Shown: positions 1 through 14,074 of the stretch, one piece after another | How the letters are laid out: each line of letters starts with the position of its first letter | Position numbering within the stretch: position 1 is the first letter of the stretch | Origin: the human T2T-CHM13v2.0 reference genome, Homo sapiens | Length of the DNA: 64,000 bases | Direction: 5' to 3' (one strand) | Assembly: GCF_009914755.1 (NCBI RefSeq) | Contig: NC_060927.1 | The notes under the pieces: generated by a model | Databases searched by the model: none | Told to the model about the DNA's origin: nothing | The model's input: only the letters and a program-made list of their open reading frames with translations | Program-made: the position numbers and the translations under genes

Positions 1-349
1 AGGTTCACATTGAAGCTAAGTTGAAAAGCTGTGGCAGGGATCCACAGTGACTCAACAGGAGGGGTTAACTTAAGCCAAGCATGGACAAGCAGAGAACTAG
101 GGCCAAGAGAAACCTCTGATGAGGTGTGGCAGAGTATGACTTCAACTGCTAAAAGCAGAGGAGAGGACACCATTAATCTCTACGACATACGTTAACAACA
201 GCAACAAACATTCACTAAATAAAACCCAAAATGTCCAGAATCTGAATTACCCTGAAGACACCACAGTAGTCTCCATAACAATTTTTTCAAAGCAAAGTAC
301 AACTGTTTGAATTCAGAGATTATGAAGGAAGTGTGATCCAGAGAAAATG

Positions 350-600
350 TACATCTGGTCTGAAATGAAGTTCCAGTTTCTTCACTTAAGTGTTAAGTGA
401 TTTAGAGTTTGTCATCTACTTTTCCCAAGCCTCAGCCTTATTACCTATAAATGGAGTCCTTTGTTCATGCCATGCCATGTTACAAAAAAGGAACTAAACC
501 AACTAAAGGCAACTGTTACTCTGCCAACCTCACAGAGTGGTCGTAGAGATCAATGTGAAAATACAAATAAAAACTCCATATAAATATGTACCCTTATGAT
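350..600 (+). mobile_element. MIR SINE fragment
   Basis: MIR core-like 'cccaagcctcagccttattacctataaatgg' and downstream MIR-like tail. Confidence 0.55.
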
Positions 601-689
601 AATTAGCCATAATATTAAAATTTTATATTTTGTTAATCTGATTAAAGATTTATCTTAAAGGTTATGATAGATAGATGATAATGATGAAG

Positions 690-690
<1 letters not shown>

Positions 691-747
<57 letters not shown>

Positions 748-756
748 CAGATAGAT
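691..756 (+). repeat. Tetranucleotide STR [AGAT]14 AC [AGAT]2
   Basis: 14 perfect AGAT units at 691-746, then ac and two more AGAT. Confidence 0.97.
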
Positions 757-869
757 GAGAGAAAGATGATAGACACAGATATATTTATAAGAGCAGGAAG
801 CTATATTTACTACATGCTGTCACTGAAATTTTCTCATAGAATAACAAAAATTTACACTTGGAATACAAT

Positions 870-1012
870 TTTGCACACAGCCTTATCTTACAGATGAGCA
901 AATTTGAGTTTAGCTGTGTTAAAATGATCTGTTTAATGTCAAGTTAGAAAAAAAAACACTAAGGCTAAATTCCAGATTTCCACTCAGTCCTATGTTCATT
1001 TCACTACACTAG
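870..1012 (-). mobile_element. MIR fragment
   Basis: 'cttacagatgagcaaatttgag...ttcactacact' matches antisense MIR core. Confidence 0.55.
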
Positions 1013-1644
1013 GATGCTAATTCTGTTAATAATGACAATATCAGAATATTCAGTTCAGACTGTCACTATTCAAAAGATAAACAAAACTATCACCTTTACA
1101 ATACTGCCAAGATACATCACAGAACATAACTTGGTGTGAGATTGCATTAATGTGTAATTTTCTCTACTCTCCTTTTCTCTTCCATGGGCCAGAACATGGC
1201 TTCATACTATTGAAAACAATGGTCTGGAAAGGCACTACCAATCCATCAGAGATGGCAAGTTGAATGGAATTATTTACACCTCTTAGGTATATTGGAAAGA
1301 TATGGAATGAAAAACAGGAAACTTGAATTCTGGTTCAATTCCTGCAACTCCCTAGCCATGTCACATCAGGCAGGCAAGTTATGGGTACTTCCCCATTGGT
1401 AAAATGAGGATTGGGACTACCTGACCCATTTCCAGTTCAGATATCCTTTACTTCTACAACTAACATATACAGCCAGCATAAAAGAAAGGTAAAATAAATA
1501 AGATTACAACTGTTAAGGATAAAAGTGTGTACTGAGAGAAAAGAAAATTATCTCAACAGGTATACTTGTGATTTGTAATATTTCCTTATTATTGAATCAG
1601 ATGATTACCAATATAACAACAACTATAGTTTATATTAGTTAGAG

Positions 1645-2066
1645 TATGCCAAACGCCTGTAACGAATTCCAAAAGACTCAAATACCCATAAGTTTATTCC
1701 TCTTTCACAAAAATGCCCGTGTGGCAAGTGTCTCTCCTCCACATGGTCATTCAGAGACCCAGGCTGATAGGGGGATCTATGTTTACAACTTCCAAGATCA
1801 ACCTAGTCATTGCCTTTGCAGCTCATTGCAAGAAGGAAGAATATGTATGGACGGCACATTCATCAACTTAGGACTTGGCCCAGAAGTGTTATACCTCACT
1901 TCCTCCTGCATCCTAACGAAGAGAAATAACCCATGTGGCTATATATAACTTCAAGGAGGTTTGGAAAACTTAGTCTTCAGCTGACCAGCCACATTTCCAG
2001 TAAAACTCTATTACTATGACAAAAAAGAAAACAAATTTTGTTGGACAGCTAACAGACTCTGCCACA
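1645..2066 (-). mobile_element. MaLR LTR, MLT1K/L-like
   Basis: 'ggtcattcagagacccaggctga' and terminal 'ctctgccaca' typical of antisense old MLT1. Confidence 0.6.
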
Positions 2067-3011
2067 TTGGATAGTTCATTTAACAAGTTTCAATATAGTC
2101 AGGCTACAAATACAAAGACAGTTGATATAAACCTCGTTCATAAAGCCATTTAGTCAGAAAACTGCTACTAGAACTTAGAAGCTATTAGTTTGCTTAAATA
2201 TTAGTTAGAGAAACAATTCCTTTGAGTCCCTACTTTGAGTCCCTTTCACCTATGAACTCTATAAAGACCTGACAATCAGAAATGTATTCAATTTGATCCA
2301 AAGAAGCAGGCTTTTGCTTTTAATTTGTTCTAGTAATCCATAGGAAGCAGATCTTTTTGAATCAGAAGTGGAATCTATAGCTTTAAAAAGATGCCTTCCC
2401 CTAGTAGTTGAGGCAGAGCAATGAGCAATCCAACTGGCTAAGACTGAGTGATACTCAATAGAAGTATGTTCATCTGTTACACTTGGCAAGGTTGCTAATG
2501 CACAGTGATGTTTGTTATGTCTTTTCTTTAGCTCATAAGTTAAAAATAAAAAGGAAGACATAGGATAAAACAGAACCACCACCACTCCATTCCATCAGGT
2601 CCCTCTTCACTGAGACTTAGCTCTTCTACTTGCAAAATGCAGCAGATGGAATGTTAAATCTAAACTATAATGTCTCTTGCATTCCTAGCTGTCAAAACAA
2701 ACCATGTGCCTCCTGCTTCTCAACTATAATTCACTAAAAGCAATGAGACTATTTCAGACACCAGAGCATGCACAACTAAGTCTATTTTGAGTGATCCTTT
2801 TTAAGTGTATGTGTTAGAAGATGAATGAGTGAACTCAAACAAGAAATAAGTGTCTTCACTCAATGAAGATTTATTGACATTTTAATTATGACTTCTCTAT
2901 GACAAATACACTTAGTCCTACTAAGGCCACTAAGAAAAATTATTTATCAGTTGTGATCTGTGCTAAACAATATATGTTAGGGTCATAATAGTCTTTGTTC
3001 ATTGTTTAGAC

Positions 3012-3344
3012 CAATGCTGCCTGATATAAATATAATGCAAGTTACAAATGCAAGCCACATATGTAATTTTACATTTTCTAATGGCACATTTAAAAAGAGA
3101 AAAAGAAATAGGTGTGTTGATTTTAATAATGTATTTTCAACCCAATATATCCAAAATATTGTCTTTTCAACATGCAACCAGTACAAAAAATACTAAGAAG
3201 ATATTTTATACTCTATTTTTCACATTAAGTCTTTGAAATCTGGTATATGTTTTGCACTTACAGAATATCTCAATTTGGACTAGCCAAGGTTCAAAGTGCT
3301 CATTAGCCACATGTGGCTAGTGACTATCCTATTAGACAGTTCAG
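3012..3344 (-). mobile_element. MER33 hAT-Charlie MITE, full length
   Basis: Matches MER33 consensus ('tagccacatgtggctagtgacta...gacag'); 8-bp TSD GTTTAGAC (3004-3011) / GTTTAGAA (3345-3352). Confidence 0.88.
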
Positions 3345-4884
3345 GTTTAGAATCTCTTAGAGGGCTATTTTTTTTTCAGGACTTGGAGTTTATATGAAAA
3401 TTAGAGTGATAAGGAAGTGTGCTAAGCATCACAAGTACATATCTTAACCCTAAACTCTTCCCTCAGGCCCACAGTGATTAAAAATTCATGCATCAAATTA
3501 GAAGTTGCATAAATATTTTTAATAGTATCCATGGCCAAACGTATCAGAGGCCCTAAACCCTTAGCCCCTACTTGCAGCCCATATCTTGATTGTTGTTAAT
3601 AGGTTTTAACTCCAGCACCTAATCCACAAATCCTACAGGATGCTTTGTCTATAAATATATATAACTGGGCCTTTATCAGATGTGATCAACTTTGGGTAAA
3701 TCCCAAAATATGCCCAGCTGATGATCTGGGCAAAAAAGGCACTCAATCTTTGAAAAAGAGGAAGTTAGGGGGCCACCTTCTAGAAACTGAACGTCAGTCC
3801 TGGATGCTGTTCGGGGGCCAACTTCATCTTATAAATGTATGAGCTGTGTCATAAAAACCAGGGTAAAGGGGGTAAGGTAAATTTCAATGGAAATACCCCA
3901 ACTAAAGGTCTTCACATTGAAAATTTGTAAAACACCGCGCAAAATATCAGGTCTACAAGGCTTACGGGCTGGACCACCTTCTTATGATCCCTGACAGAAG
4001 CTCATAACCACTTATAAGAAGGTTTCCCACCCTGTACAAGAGCAAGGAACATCAGCCAAGATTTAGGAGGAAACATAAAACTGCAAAAGAACCAATTTCT
4101 GTTTTAGTACCTCATTTTTGAACAATTTGAGAAATGAATAGCCTACTAGTAATTTTCCAGTCTTCTTTAAGATATTTCATGTGTAAATAGTAGTAAATAG
4201 ATTTGACAAGTGCTGGATTGTGTTACTGACTAAATAAACTCAATGATAATTTTTTAAGAGAGCCACTTCACACAGATCTCACCTAAATTAAACAGCGCCA
4301 ATAAATGCAAGCTGAAAACCAGCACCTTGTCCAGAAGGCTTACCAATGATCCTTTTGCACATGAGTCATGAGCTATTTCTTCAGCAGAGTGTAATTTTGG
4401 TAATGCAAACAAGATGTTCTTGTGAAGAAATGACTTTATATAAGTATTCAAAAACATCATACAAAGAGTACAATGGATCTTCAGACAAGAATCATGTTTA
4501 TTCAGCCCATGGTTTCCTCGGAAACAATATTATCAGTATTATGAGCATCACTGAAGAAACTAACAGGAAGCATCTTGAGTGCTTATAAAGATACATGCCC
4601 ATGTAGCCAAAAAGCATTTATGTTATTCTTCCTCTGAAACTAACTGGGAAGTGATGTAAGGCAAATCTAATTTGTTATTTAATCTTTAATATAGAAAAGT
4701 TCATTGTATAATAAATGTAATTTGTTATAACAAATCTATTCTATAACAAATGTAATTTTCTATAGAATCTTTAACATAAAAACAAAACTTTCTCCAAAAA
4801 TTTACAAGCAAAAATTGTACCAGAAGGATCCTCCAATTCCCTGAAAATATCTGATTTGAGGCCCTGAAGTCCATAATTTTTCTG

Positions 4885-5035
4885 ACACAATTTAACTTTC
4901 CTGTGCCTCAGTTTCCTCACTGTAACAGTGAGCATACAAACAACTACCTCAAAGATTTCTTATGAAGATTGCAATGATCCATGTAAAGTGCTGAGAAGAA
5001 AGCCTGACACATAGAGAGCAATCGGTAAATATCAT
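4885..5035 (+). mobile_element. MIR
   Basis: 'ctgtgcctcagtttcctcactgtaa...atgtaaagtgctgagaagaaagcctgacacatag'. Confidence 0.8.
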
Positions 5036-5225
5036 ATATTATTTTTATAATTAAAGATTATGCAACACAGAGAATAGAGCAGCCCAGTCAGAAGTTACAC
5101 AAACATATAGCCTAGAACCTCTGGCTCTAGACTCTCTATGGGCTCTAAATGCTCATGCTGTATTCACAGTACAAGTATTGAGTTTTGGTAATAGATCCCC
5201 ATTTCAGCAACTAAGTCCTCTATCT

Positions 5226-5746
5226 CAGGGGCCCCCAGCCCCTGAGCCACAGATTGGTATCGGTCTGTGACCTGTTAGGAGCTGGGCTGCACAACAGGAG
5301 GTGAGCAGGGACAAGCAAAGCTTCACCTGTATTTATAGCTGCTCCCTATCGCTGGCATTACCGTCTGAGCTCCACCACCTGTCAGATCAGCTGTGGCATT
5401 AGATTCTCATAGGAGCACGAACCCTATTGTGAACTGTGCAAGCCAGGGACCTAGGCTGCGTGCTCCTTTTCAGAATCTAATGCGTGATGATCTGTCACTC
5501 TCTCCCGTCACCTCCAGATGGGACCATATAGTTGCAGGAAAACAAGTTCAGAGCTCCCACTGATTCTACATTATGGTGAGTTACATAATTATTGCATTAT
5601 ATAGCACAATGTAATCATAATAGAAATAAAGTGCACAATAATTATAATGCACTTGAATCATCCCCAAACCATCCCCCTCCCCAGTCCATGGAAAAATTGT
5701 CTTCCATGAAACAGGTCCCTGGTGCCAAACAGGTTGGGGACCACTG
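5226..5746 (+). mobile_element. MER1A hAT-Charlie element, full length
   Basis: Termini 'caggggcccccagccc' and 'ggttggggaccactg'; perfect 8-bp TSD CTCTATCT (5218-5225 / 5747-5754). Confidence 0.92.
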
Positions 5747-6106
5747 CTCTATCTTATGTAATACTTTGTTTACACAAAGTTAATCTCATGAAAGAAAATT
5801 AGACCGTACCTTTGCCAGATATGATTGGGTGCAGGAAAAGCCAAATATGTGCCCCAAAGAAAAAGAAATATATAGGGATCCAATTTCTAGAAACCAAAGA
5901 ACACTATTTTGATGCAGGTAGACTATAGTTAAACAACAACCAAAAACAAACAAGCAAACACAGAAAAGAAATTAAAAACCTATCTACCATTGAGACAAAT
6001 GGCCACAGCAGTGATGCTAAGAGAATAAATGAAACATTCTAGCTTCATCTTGGGCAGTCCAGCCATAAGCAGTTGGGGCATGGCAGGAGCATGATTTCTA
6101 AACAAC

Positions 6107-6435
6107 TGTAGCTGAGATTATTAGCACTCACCCATATCCGAGTTCTCCCATGCTCTTGCAGTTAGATGTGTCCAGGTGACTGGATTCTGACTAACAGAAT
6201 GTGGGATAGAATTGATATAAGTCACTTACAGGCCTAGCTCCTAAAACATGCTGTGTGATCTTCCATATCCTCAATCTCCTTGAGGAAGCTTAGAATTCTG
6301 AGATGATAGAGGCAAGCAATGGAAGTTCATCTTCCTGAGTTACTACTTAGAGAAGAATATGAATGAGAAATAAACTTTCATTGTGGTAAGCCACTGAAGC
6401 TGGGCATTTTTTGTTATAGGAGCTAGTGTTACCTT
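6107..6435 (+). mobile_element. MaLR LTR, MLT1I/J-like
   Basis: 'gagaaataaactttcattgtggtaagccactga...tgttataggagcta' MLT1 3' end. Confidence 0.7.
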
Positions 6436-6719
6436 TTACCACCCATTTACTTTAGTGGTGATTTCAACTCTACCTGGATTCCTGCCTGTAAACTCTTTTG
6501 TTCATATCATCACACTGCTTTTTTCTAAACTACAGCTTACAGACCCAATGAAGGAATGATGAACGACATGAACTGGTGTCCCACTGGGCTTAAATTGATA
6601 TAATTTACTTTCTAATGACACTCAGACTGGTACACTCCCATTTTAAAGGGCTCTTTGCCTTAGTGATTGTTAAGTTCTTTAAAGTCTCTCCTCTCCCTCT
6701 CTTCATTCTGTTCACCATC

Positions 6720-7285
6720 ACCTCCCATCTGGGCCATGGAAGTTAGTTTCTAGTTGGTGTTCCATTCTCCACACAGTAGTCAGAATACATTCCCACCTAA
6801 AACCCCCAAATGGCTTACCACTGGTTTGCTAGACTTTAAATCCTAGAACACGGCATAAGAGGACCTCCATGATCTGGCTCCTGCAGGCTCCAAAATCATC
6901 TCTCTCTACTTTCCCATTCAGTTATTGTGCTCCACCACTCTGGGCTTAATTCAGCCCCTTGAATGTAATGCATTTGTTCCCATCTCAGGACATTAGCACC
7001 TTCCTTCTCCAATATCACTGCCTATGAGGAGTCTTCCTTGGCTACTCAAGCTAAATTAGGGCCCTCAAAGACAATGCCTATCACATTATCATATCTTCTT
7101 TTGAGCATACATGAGTATCTAAAGCAATCTGTTACTTTTTTATGTCTGAATGTCCCACCTCACCCCACTGACAGTGAAATATACATTCTATACAACTTTG
7201 TCTTGTTCTCAGCTGTCAACCAACACTTAGACCAGTACCTGGTACACAGCACATCCTCAAAAGAATGTATGTTAACAGACTGATG
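6720..7285 (+). mobile_element. L2 LINE 3' fragment
   Basis: 'ctccatgatctggctcctgc' and 3' end 'cagtacctggtacacagcacatcctcaaaagaatgtatgttaa'. Confidence 0.7.
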
Positions 7286-7489
7286 AAAGCCATGAACACC
7301 CCTTCCCCAAATGCCTTCACTCACAAAATAGTTTGCATATTATTTTATAGGATTAGGAAACCCCTAAAAGCCTGCATGTACTGTCTAGGAATCCATGAGT
7401 CCTAAGTCAATAAACTTAAATATTAAACGGATAGATCAGAAAGCCAGGTTAGTTCAAATCAAACTTTAGCTAGAAGTTTGAGAAACTTT

Positions 7490-7730
7490 AGTCAGTGTCT
7501 ACATTGTCTAAATATTATTGATTTGCTGTATAATTATTCCAGTATCTTTAGAGTGGCGTATTAAAGTCCTCAATTATTATTGTTGAATTATCTATTTTTC
7601 TGTACAATTCTGTCCATCTTCATTTTGTGTAATTTTAGGACTCTGCTGTTAGATGTATATATGTTTATAATTGTTACATTTTCCAGAAATCCTTTTTATA
7701 GCTCTTCTATTATTATAAAATATCCCTAAT
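7490..7730 (-). mobile_element. Old L1M ORF2 fragment
   Basis: 'ttaaagtcctcaattattattgttgaattatctattt...ctctgctgttagatgtatatatgtttataattgtta' typical antisense L1M. Confidence 0.7.
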
Positions 7731-8282
7731 GCAGGGAACTAGCATAGTCTTTTTCTAGCCCACTTAGTATAAATATTCATATTTTATACCTCATGCTTCA
7801 AACTGTTTTCACACTTCAGTCACTGGAGTCTGAAAGATCAAGTCACCTCCATTTGCCCTGTGTGATGAGGCCAGACCAGCTCCCAGTCCAAGAAATCAAA
7901 GTTGTCTACTCCATCCCCAATGTGTTCCAGCACTGCTTGGCCCACAAACATGCAGAATCCCAGGTACAAGAAATCACTGCCTGGCCTCCCCACTAAGCAA
8001 CTGCTGATGAGCTGGACAGGGCTGGGAACTGCTGTCTCCCACTGAGACCTCCCACCAAGATTTTAGCCTCTCAACAACTTATGATGAGGTGCTTGTTTGG
8101 ACTTAACAAACAAACAAAAGTAATCCTTTTGACTTTCTCCTAGATGATGTCAACCATACTGAAAGACTAGCAGTTGTCAGCATGAACTCATGAGATCAGA
8201 GCAGGAGCTTTCAGATTATTTTCTGTGGAACCCTAAGGGTCTACAAAGATGTTCCACAAAGCTTGGATTCAAATTTAATTTT

Positions 8283-8286
<4 letters not shown>

Positions 8287-8328
<42 letters not shown>
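8287..8328. repeat. (TA)21 microsatellite
   Basis: Perfect TA run. Confidence 0.97.
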
Positions 8329-8332
<4 letters not shown>

Positions 8333-8891
8333 TTTATGTTTAAATTGTAATGAAATCAGTATATGCATGTAAATGTCATATCAAATTGAAACACTCTAGA
8401 GACTGCATTGTGTAACTACAAAAATTTGATTTTATACAAATCCTGGTATTAAAAGATCTATTGTTTCTTTGTGTTTAATTAGACATCTTGTAGCTGTATC
8501 AGTGATTACAGAGGTTGCAGTTCTGCAGTGGCCCTTTTTTTATTCAAGCTTATACATGTCTACAACATATACAATTATTAAATTGACTGCATGATTATTA
8601 AATATGTGTGAGTCAGAATTGTCTTGATCTGTGCAAACAAAAGAAAATAGAGAAACAAATTGGATACAGTAATTGTCATTCATAACCCTCAATTTCATAT
8701 ATTCTTTAGAACAGTACTATGATTTTCCTTTATTAACTTTTACTGTTATATTTGTGAATTTAGAAAATATAATTATGCTAATAAGGTATTGGTGTTATCT
8801 ATTTTATACTCAACATCTAATCTCTGTTTTGACAAAGCCCAGCTGTCTACCTCCAGTGTGACATGGGGATGAGGGGTTGGGGTATATTCAC

Positions 8892-9664
8892 TGTATATTG
8901 CTTCACTACAAATTACCACCAACTTAGTAACTAAAAACAATATCCATTTATGATCTCATGGTTTCTATAGGTTAGAAGTCTGGGCACAGAGTAACTGGGT
9001 TCTCTGCTCAGTCTTGCAGGTTAAATCCAGGTTTTTTCTGGGACATGATGCCATCTCTGGCACATTGTCCTCTTCTAAGCCCATTGAGGCTATTGACAGA
9101 ATTCAGTTTCCTATGACTTGCACTGGTTTTCTGTTGCTTCATATAAGTTATCATTTAGTGGCTTAAAACAACACCCATTGATTAGTTCACAGTTCTACAT
9201 CAGAACTTGGCATGGCGTGGCTGGATTCTTTGCTCAGCATTGTACATGGTGAAATCTGGATGTCAGTCACACTACACTCCTTTCTGGAGCTTCTGGGGAA
9301 TAATCTGCTTCTACACTCACTCAGATTGTTGGAAGAATGTGGTAGCTAGCTGGCTGTCGAGGACTGCTCTCAGTTCCTACAGAACACTCTCAGATCCTTG
9401 CCATAGGACGATGACCCCTGCCATCTCCAAAGCTAGTAGCTTAGAATCTCTCCAGTGAGCTTAATCTCTCCAGTGTGCTATGACAGAGTCTTATATAACA
9501 TAACCACCATTTGCCATATAACATAATCTAGACAAGGGAATGATTATCCTGTCATATTCATCAGGTTCACAGGTTCCACCCCCACTCAAGGATAAGATAT
9601 TATACAAGATATGCTCACCATGGGGTGGGAATCTTAGGGGCCACCTTAGAATTTTACAACCACA
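8892..9664 (-). mobile_element. Two adjacent or nested MLT1D/E-like LTR segments
   Basis: Two successive MLT1 antisense starts (~8892 and ~9119) with 'acaaattaccaccaacttagt' and 'ttagtggcttaaaacaacacccatt'; ends '...accaca'. Confidence 0.7.
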
Positions 9665-9679
9665 GGTGGCAAAGGGAGC

Positions 9680-10110
9680 CATCTTGTTAGCTCCAGAGTG
9701 AACCTTACTTGTACATGCCAATTAGGATGACCCCTTGGGAGTAATTTCTTTAAAGCTAACACGTGACCCAGATGTAGGCAATGAAACATAAAGTGACGTC
9801 TGCTGGGGAACTTCGGAGAAACATTCCTCCCTCATAAGATAAGACCACCCCAACTCCAGCTGTAGGTTTTGCAGTCTAAATGGGATGCCTAAAACCACTA
9901 CTGCCATCTTGCTCCCAGCCTGAGGATACATGTGTCACACAGAGGAAGAAAGAACCAGGACAGAGCCATGCAGAAGTGTGACTGGAGCCCTGATGCACCG
10001 TGCTGAAGTTCATATCACCTCTGGACTTTCTGTTAGGTGAGATTTTTAATTCTCCCCGTTATCCAAGCCAGCTTGAATCAGGGTTTTATCACTTGCAGCC
10101 CAAGCCATTC
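9680..10110 (+). mobile_element. MaLR LTR, MLT1K/L-like
   Basis: 'tgccatcttgctcccagcctgagg...ccagcttgaatcagggttttatcacttgcagcc'. Confidence 0.6.
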
Positions 10111-10864
10111 TGTGAATAAAGGACACTATGTAAGTTTTAATTTATACATTAAAAAAAGACTCCAGGTGCTAGAGAAAAGTTTTAAAATCATATATCTACT
10201 GGATACAGTCATACAGGCCTAGGATTCCAACTTAGCTTCCAACCTTAATGAGCTAAAATATTAATATTTTATCTATAAAATCAGGAAAAGTAATGACTAC
10301 CTTTATGGATCATTATAAGGACTCAATGATGTTGCACACATGTAGCAAAAGATTTAAAGGGAAACACTATACTTGTTTCAAACAGCTGATTATGACCTGG
10401 AATTAGGGAGGGAAGACGGAAAGGGAGGAGAGAAAGTGGGGGATGTGTGTGATGGAGTAGAGAGAACAAGATAGGAGGTGAGCTCTGTCTGAGGAATTGG
10501 TGCTCTGGGCATGTCCCCCTCCCCCGACCCTGATTGGTATCTGAGCTCTAGGGAAGGCGGGCCTGCAAGCATATTGAAGTGTGGGACTTAAACACATACA
10601 CGCTTTGCACAGTGTGTGGTCAAATGGTAGGAGGTGGCAGGAGCCACAGTGGTAGAAGAAAAGCCCTTTTCAGAGGAAATTCTTTCTCTCTGAAAAGCGA
10701 TAAAGAAGCCAACATTGTAGGTAAGTACTCCTGAAATACTTTCTAGTGCTGGAACTAGACAGCAGGCTTTAAAGGAGCCAGAAGTGTCATTAAAGCAGCG
10801 GAGATGGGCAAGGAGAGAGCGGGAAAACATTCAGAGAAACTTGTAACTTTTAAAAAGGGTTTTC

Positions 10865-11284
<420 letters not shown>

Positions 11285-11341
11285 TTAGCTAAGGCAGAAG
11301 GAGATAGCAACCGTGATTATAGAGTACTTTTAGGAGGCCAA

Positions 11342-11808
11342 GTATATTAACCAGATCTTTCTGTGTAACAAACAATCCCAAAGTCTCAGTGGATTACAAT
11401 AAAGCAAACATTTATTTCTCTCATTACACGGTCTACTCTACCAGTAAGCTGAGACATCTCAGCTTCGAACTTCAGATAAAGTTCATGCCTCCTCCGCATG
11501 TCTTTTACCTTCCTTGGACCTGTGGCTACTCAAGGCAAGTTCTTCTCATTAGGAATTGAAAGAGAGGTGAGCAGAAACTCACAACACACAATGCCTCTTA
11601 AGGTCTCAGCTCAGAACTGGCCCATTGTCACCTCTACCCACAATCCATGGACCAAAGCAAGTAATGTGGCCAAGCCCAACATCAATGGAGTGGAGAAAAA
11701 TATTCTGCCCACTCTAGTGGAAGATACTTCAAAGTCACATGACCAAAGGTATGGATTTATAATTCATAAAGATGATGAGAATTGTGACCAATAATTCAAT
11801 CTACAACA
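11342..11808 (-). mobile_element. MaLR LTR, MLT1J-like
   Basis: 'tgtgtaacaaacaatcccaaagtctcagtgg...caaagcaagtaatgtggccaagcccaacatcaatgg...caatctacaaca'. Confidence 0.75.
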
Positions 11809-11984
11809 CCAGGCCTTAATGGGTGTACAAAAGGCACATTAAAAAGCAGGAGAGAGAAAAAGAATAAATGGAAGTAAAATGATGTTAAGGACAAAAAAAT
11901 TCCCTTTCCATTTTGCTTGGGTTTATATCAGCTATCACCCATCTTCCATATAAATGCACATCATTATTCACTTTAGTTAGAAAC

Positions 11985-12150
11985 CTCTCTGTTCCTTAAA
12001 AGCCAGATGACCTTGGGCAAGTCACCTAGCCTCAGGCCTCAATTTCCTAATCTATAAAATAGTGAACATAAAGGCCACCTTATAGGACTGCTGGGATAAA
12101 TGAGATCATGAGTTACTAGCTTATAGAAATTGCTAAATAAATGATAGCTG
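11985..12150 (+). mobile_element. MIR
   Basis: 'tgaccttgggcaagtcacctagcctcaggcctcaatttcctaatctataaaat'. Confidence 0.8.
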
Positions 12151-13640
12151 TTGTTACACATCATCCTAGGCCCTTACTTTGATTTGGAATTTATTAATAT
12201 ATTATACAACTGCTATGTTTGAGACACAGTGCTAGGAACACAAAATATATCTGTGATTGAAAACCTCACAAATCATTATTGCCCGAAATTACAAATAAAT
12301 CATTGCCTTATAAGATATTAAATAGTATATTGAAGATCTGAATAAGGTGTCACAGGCACACAAGCAAGAGAGGGAATTTACAGTATCTGGAAAAGATGGA
12401 AAAGGTTTCACACACAAGTTGAAAGTCAAGCTAGGAATTGAAGTTTGAATAGAAGTACCCTAGGCAGGGAAGGAGGAGAGGACATTCTAGAAAGCAGATG
12501 GCAAATGTGTAGCTAACTGATGCCAGAATCAATTGGTAATATTACTTTAGGAACATGTACAAGAAAGTATGTCAGCTCCCCATGTTGATGCTAAATTTGC
12601 CTTCATCAGGAATGTGGTGGTAGAGTGAGAGTGGCTGTACAATTCCCTGCTAAAGGGCACCATTAAAACAAACAATGTGGCTGGTAGATCCCTTTGAGCC
12701 ACTTGAAACTTCTGTTATTTTGGATACAAAGACTGTCATTTGTGAAAGTGGATACAAGACAAGAAGCTTGCAGAGTTCCAAATCAAAATAAATGCTTTCC
12801 CCCCTTAGAAGAACATTACGTGGAACCACAGACTCATGGAACACATTGCTCTCCTGTGGGAAAGCTGTCTTGTTAACTTTGCCACAAGTTAACAAGACAG
12901 TCCTTTTCTGTTTGTTTTTTACTCTTATCCCATAATAAACCAGACAACCTAAATTAGAGTAGACAGTTCCCCTTCTTTTTTTTAAACAGCTGTTGTTCTT
13001 CCCACTGACTCTGAACAGTGCACTTAATAATGCCTCCACTGGGAATTCCAAACAATAAAATACATGCGAATTGCCTTTTAGAAGGAAACACAGAAAGGAA
13101 ACACTGATTCTTGCACATTCTTGTTCCTGTGAGTTAAACAATATTTTCTATGTTGTCTCTTGCATTTCAAAGAGTGGACATTCCCTAAACATACCTAGAA
13201 GAAGGTCTGAAAGGTGCTGTCAGAAAACATTCACTCGATTTCTTTTCCAGCAACAGTAACATTTTAATAATACCACCTCACATTTGCACAGTGCTTGGTG
13301 TATAACAAAATGCATTTGCAGTCATTATCTATGTAGTTCACAAAGTAATCTTGGAAAGAAGCTAAAAACCATTTTAGTTATGAGCAAACTGGGCCTCTGA
13401 GATCAACATGTCACTCAAGACACAACAACTAGTAGTCACAGCAGAATTTGAACACAGGTCTCAAACTTTTCCTCTACAAACTGGCAACAGTTAGAATGCT
13501 CTGGGTCATCCATAAACTTAACGCAGTTAGAACCACTTATTGCATACATCAACATCATGGATTGCAGAGACTCCAATCCCACCTGTACTAGCTATATGTC
13601 CTAGAGAAATTTATTCATGTTCTGAGTCTCTTTCATCATC

Positions 13641-14027
13641 TATTGAGTTAGTTTTCAGGATTGCCATAACAAAGTACGACAGACTCCGTGGCTTAAACAA
13701 TAGAAATATTTTTCCTCACAGTTCTGAAGGCTAGAAGCCCAAGATCAATGTGTCAGCAGGGTGGATTCCTTTTGAAGGCCTCACTTGACCCACAGATGGC
13801 CATCTCCTCCACAGTCTTCCCTTCACCTGGTCTTCCTCTGTGTGTGTCTGAGTCTTAATCTCTTCTTATAAGAACACCAGTCATATTGGATTAGGGCTCA
13901 TATTATTGACTTCATTTAACCTTAATTACCACTTTAAAGACCCCATCTCCAAACCACAATCACATTGTGAGGTACTGGAGGTTAGGACTTTAACATATGA
14001 ATTGGTGGGGACACAATTCAGCCTACA
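13641..14027 (-). mobile_element. MLT1A/B LTR inserted in a MIR
   Basis: 'tgccataacaaagtacgacagactccgtggcttaaacaatagaaat...ggggacacaattcagcc'; MIR core sequence resumes on both sides. Confidence 0.85.
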
Positions 14028-14074
14028 TCCTCTATAAAATGAGAAGATAGAAAGTTATTGTGCAAAGGTCTCAG

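Noticed and set aside
2220-2244. Small tandem duplications (also ~9444-9479, ~22800-22821, ~31292-31313)
   Set aside because: Ordinary slippage duplications of 11-18 bp with no further structure
12650-13141. 163-aa ORF
   Set aside because: Non-ATG start, no recognisable domain, composition like non-coding DNA
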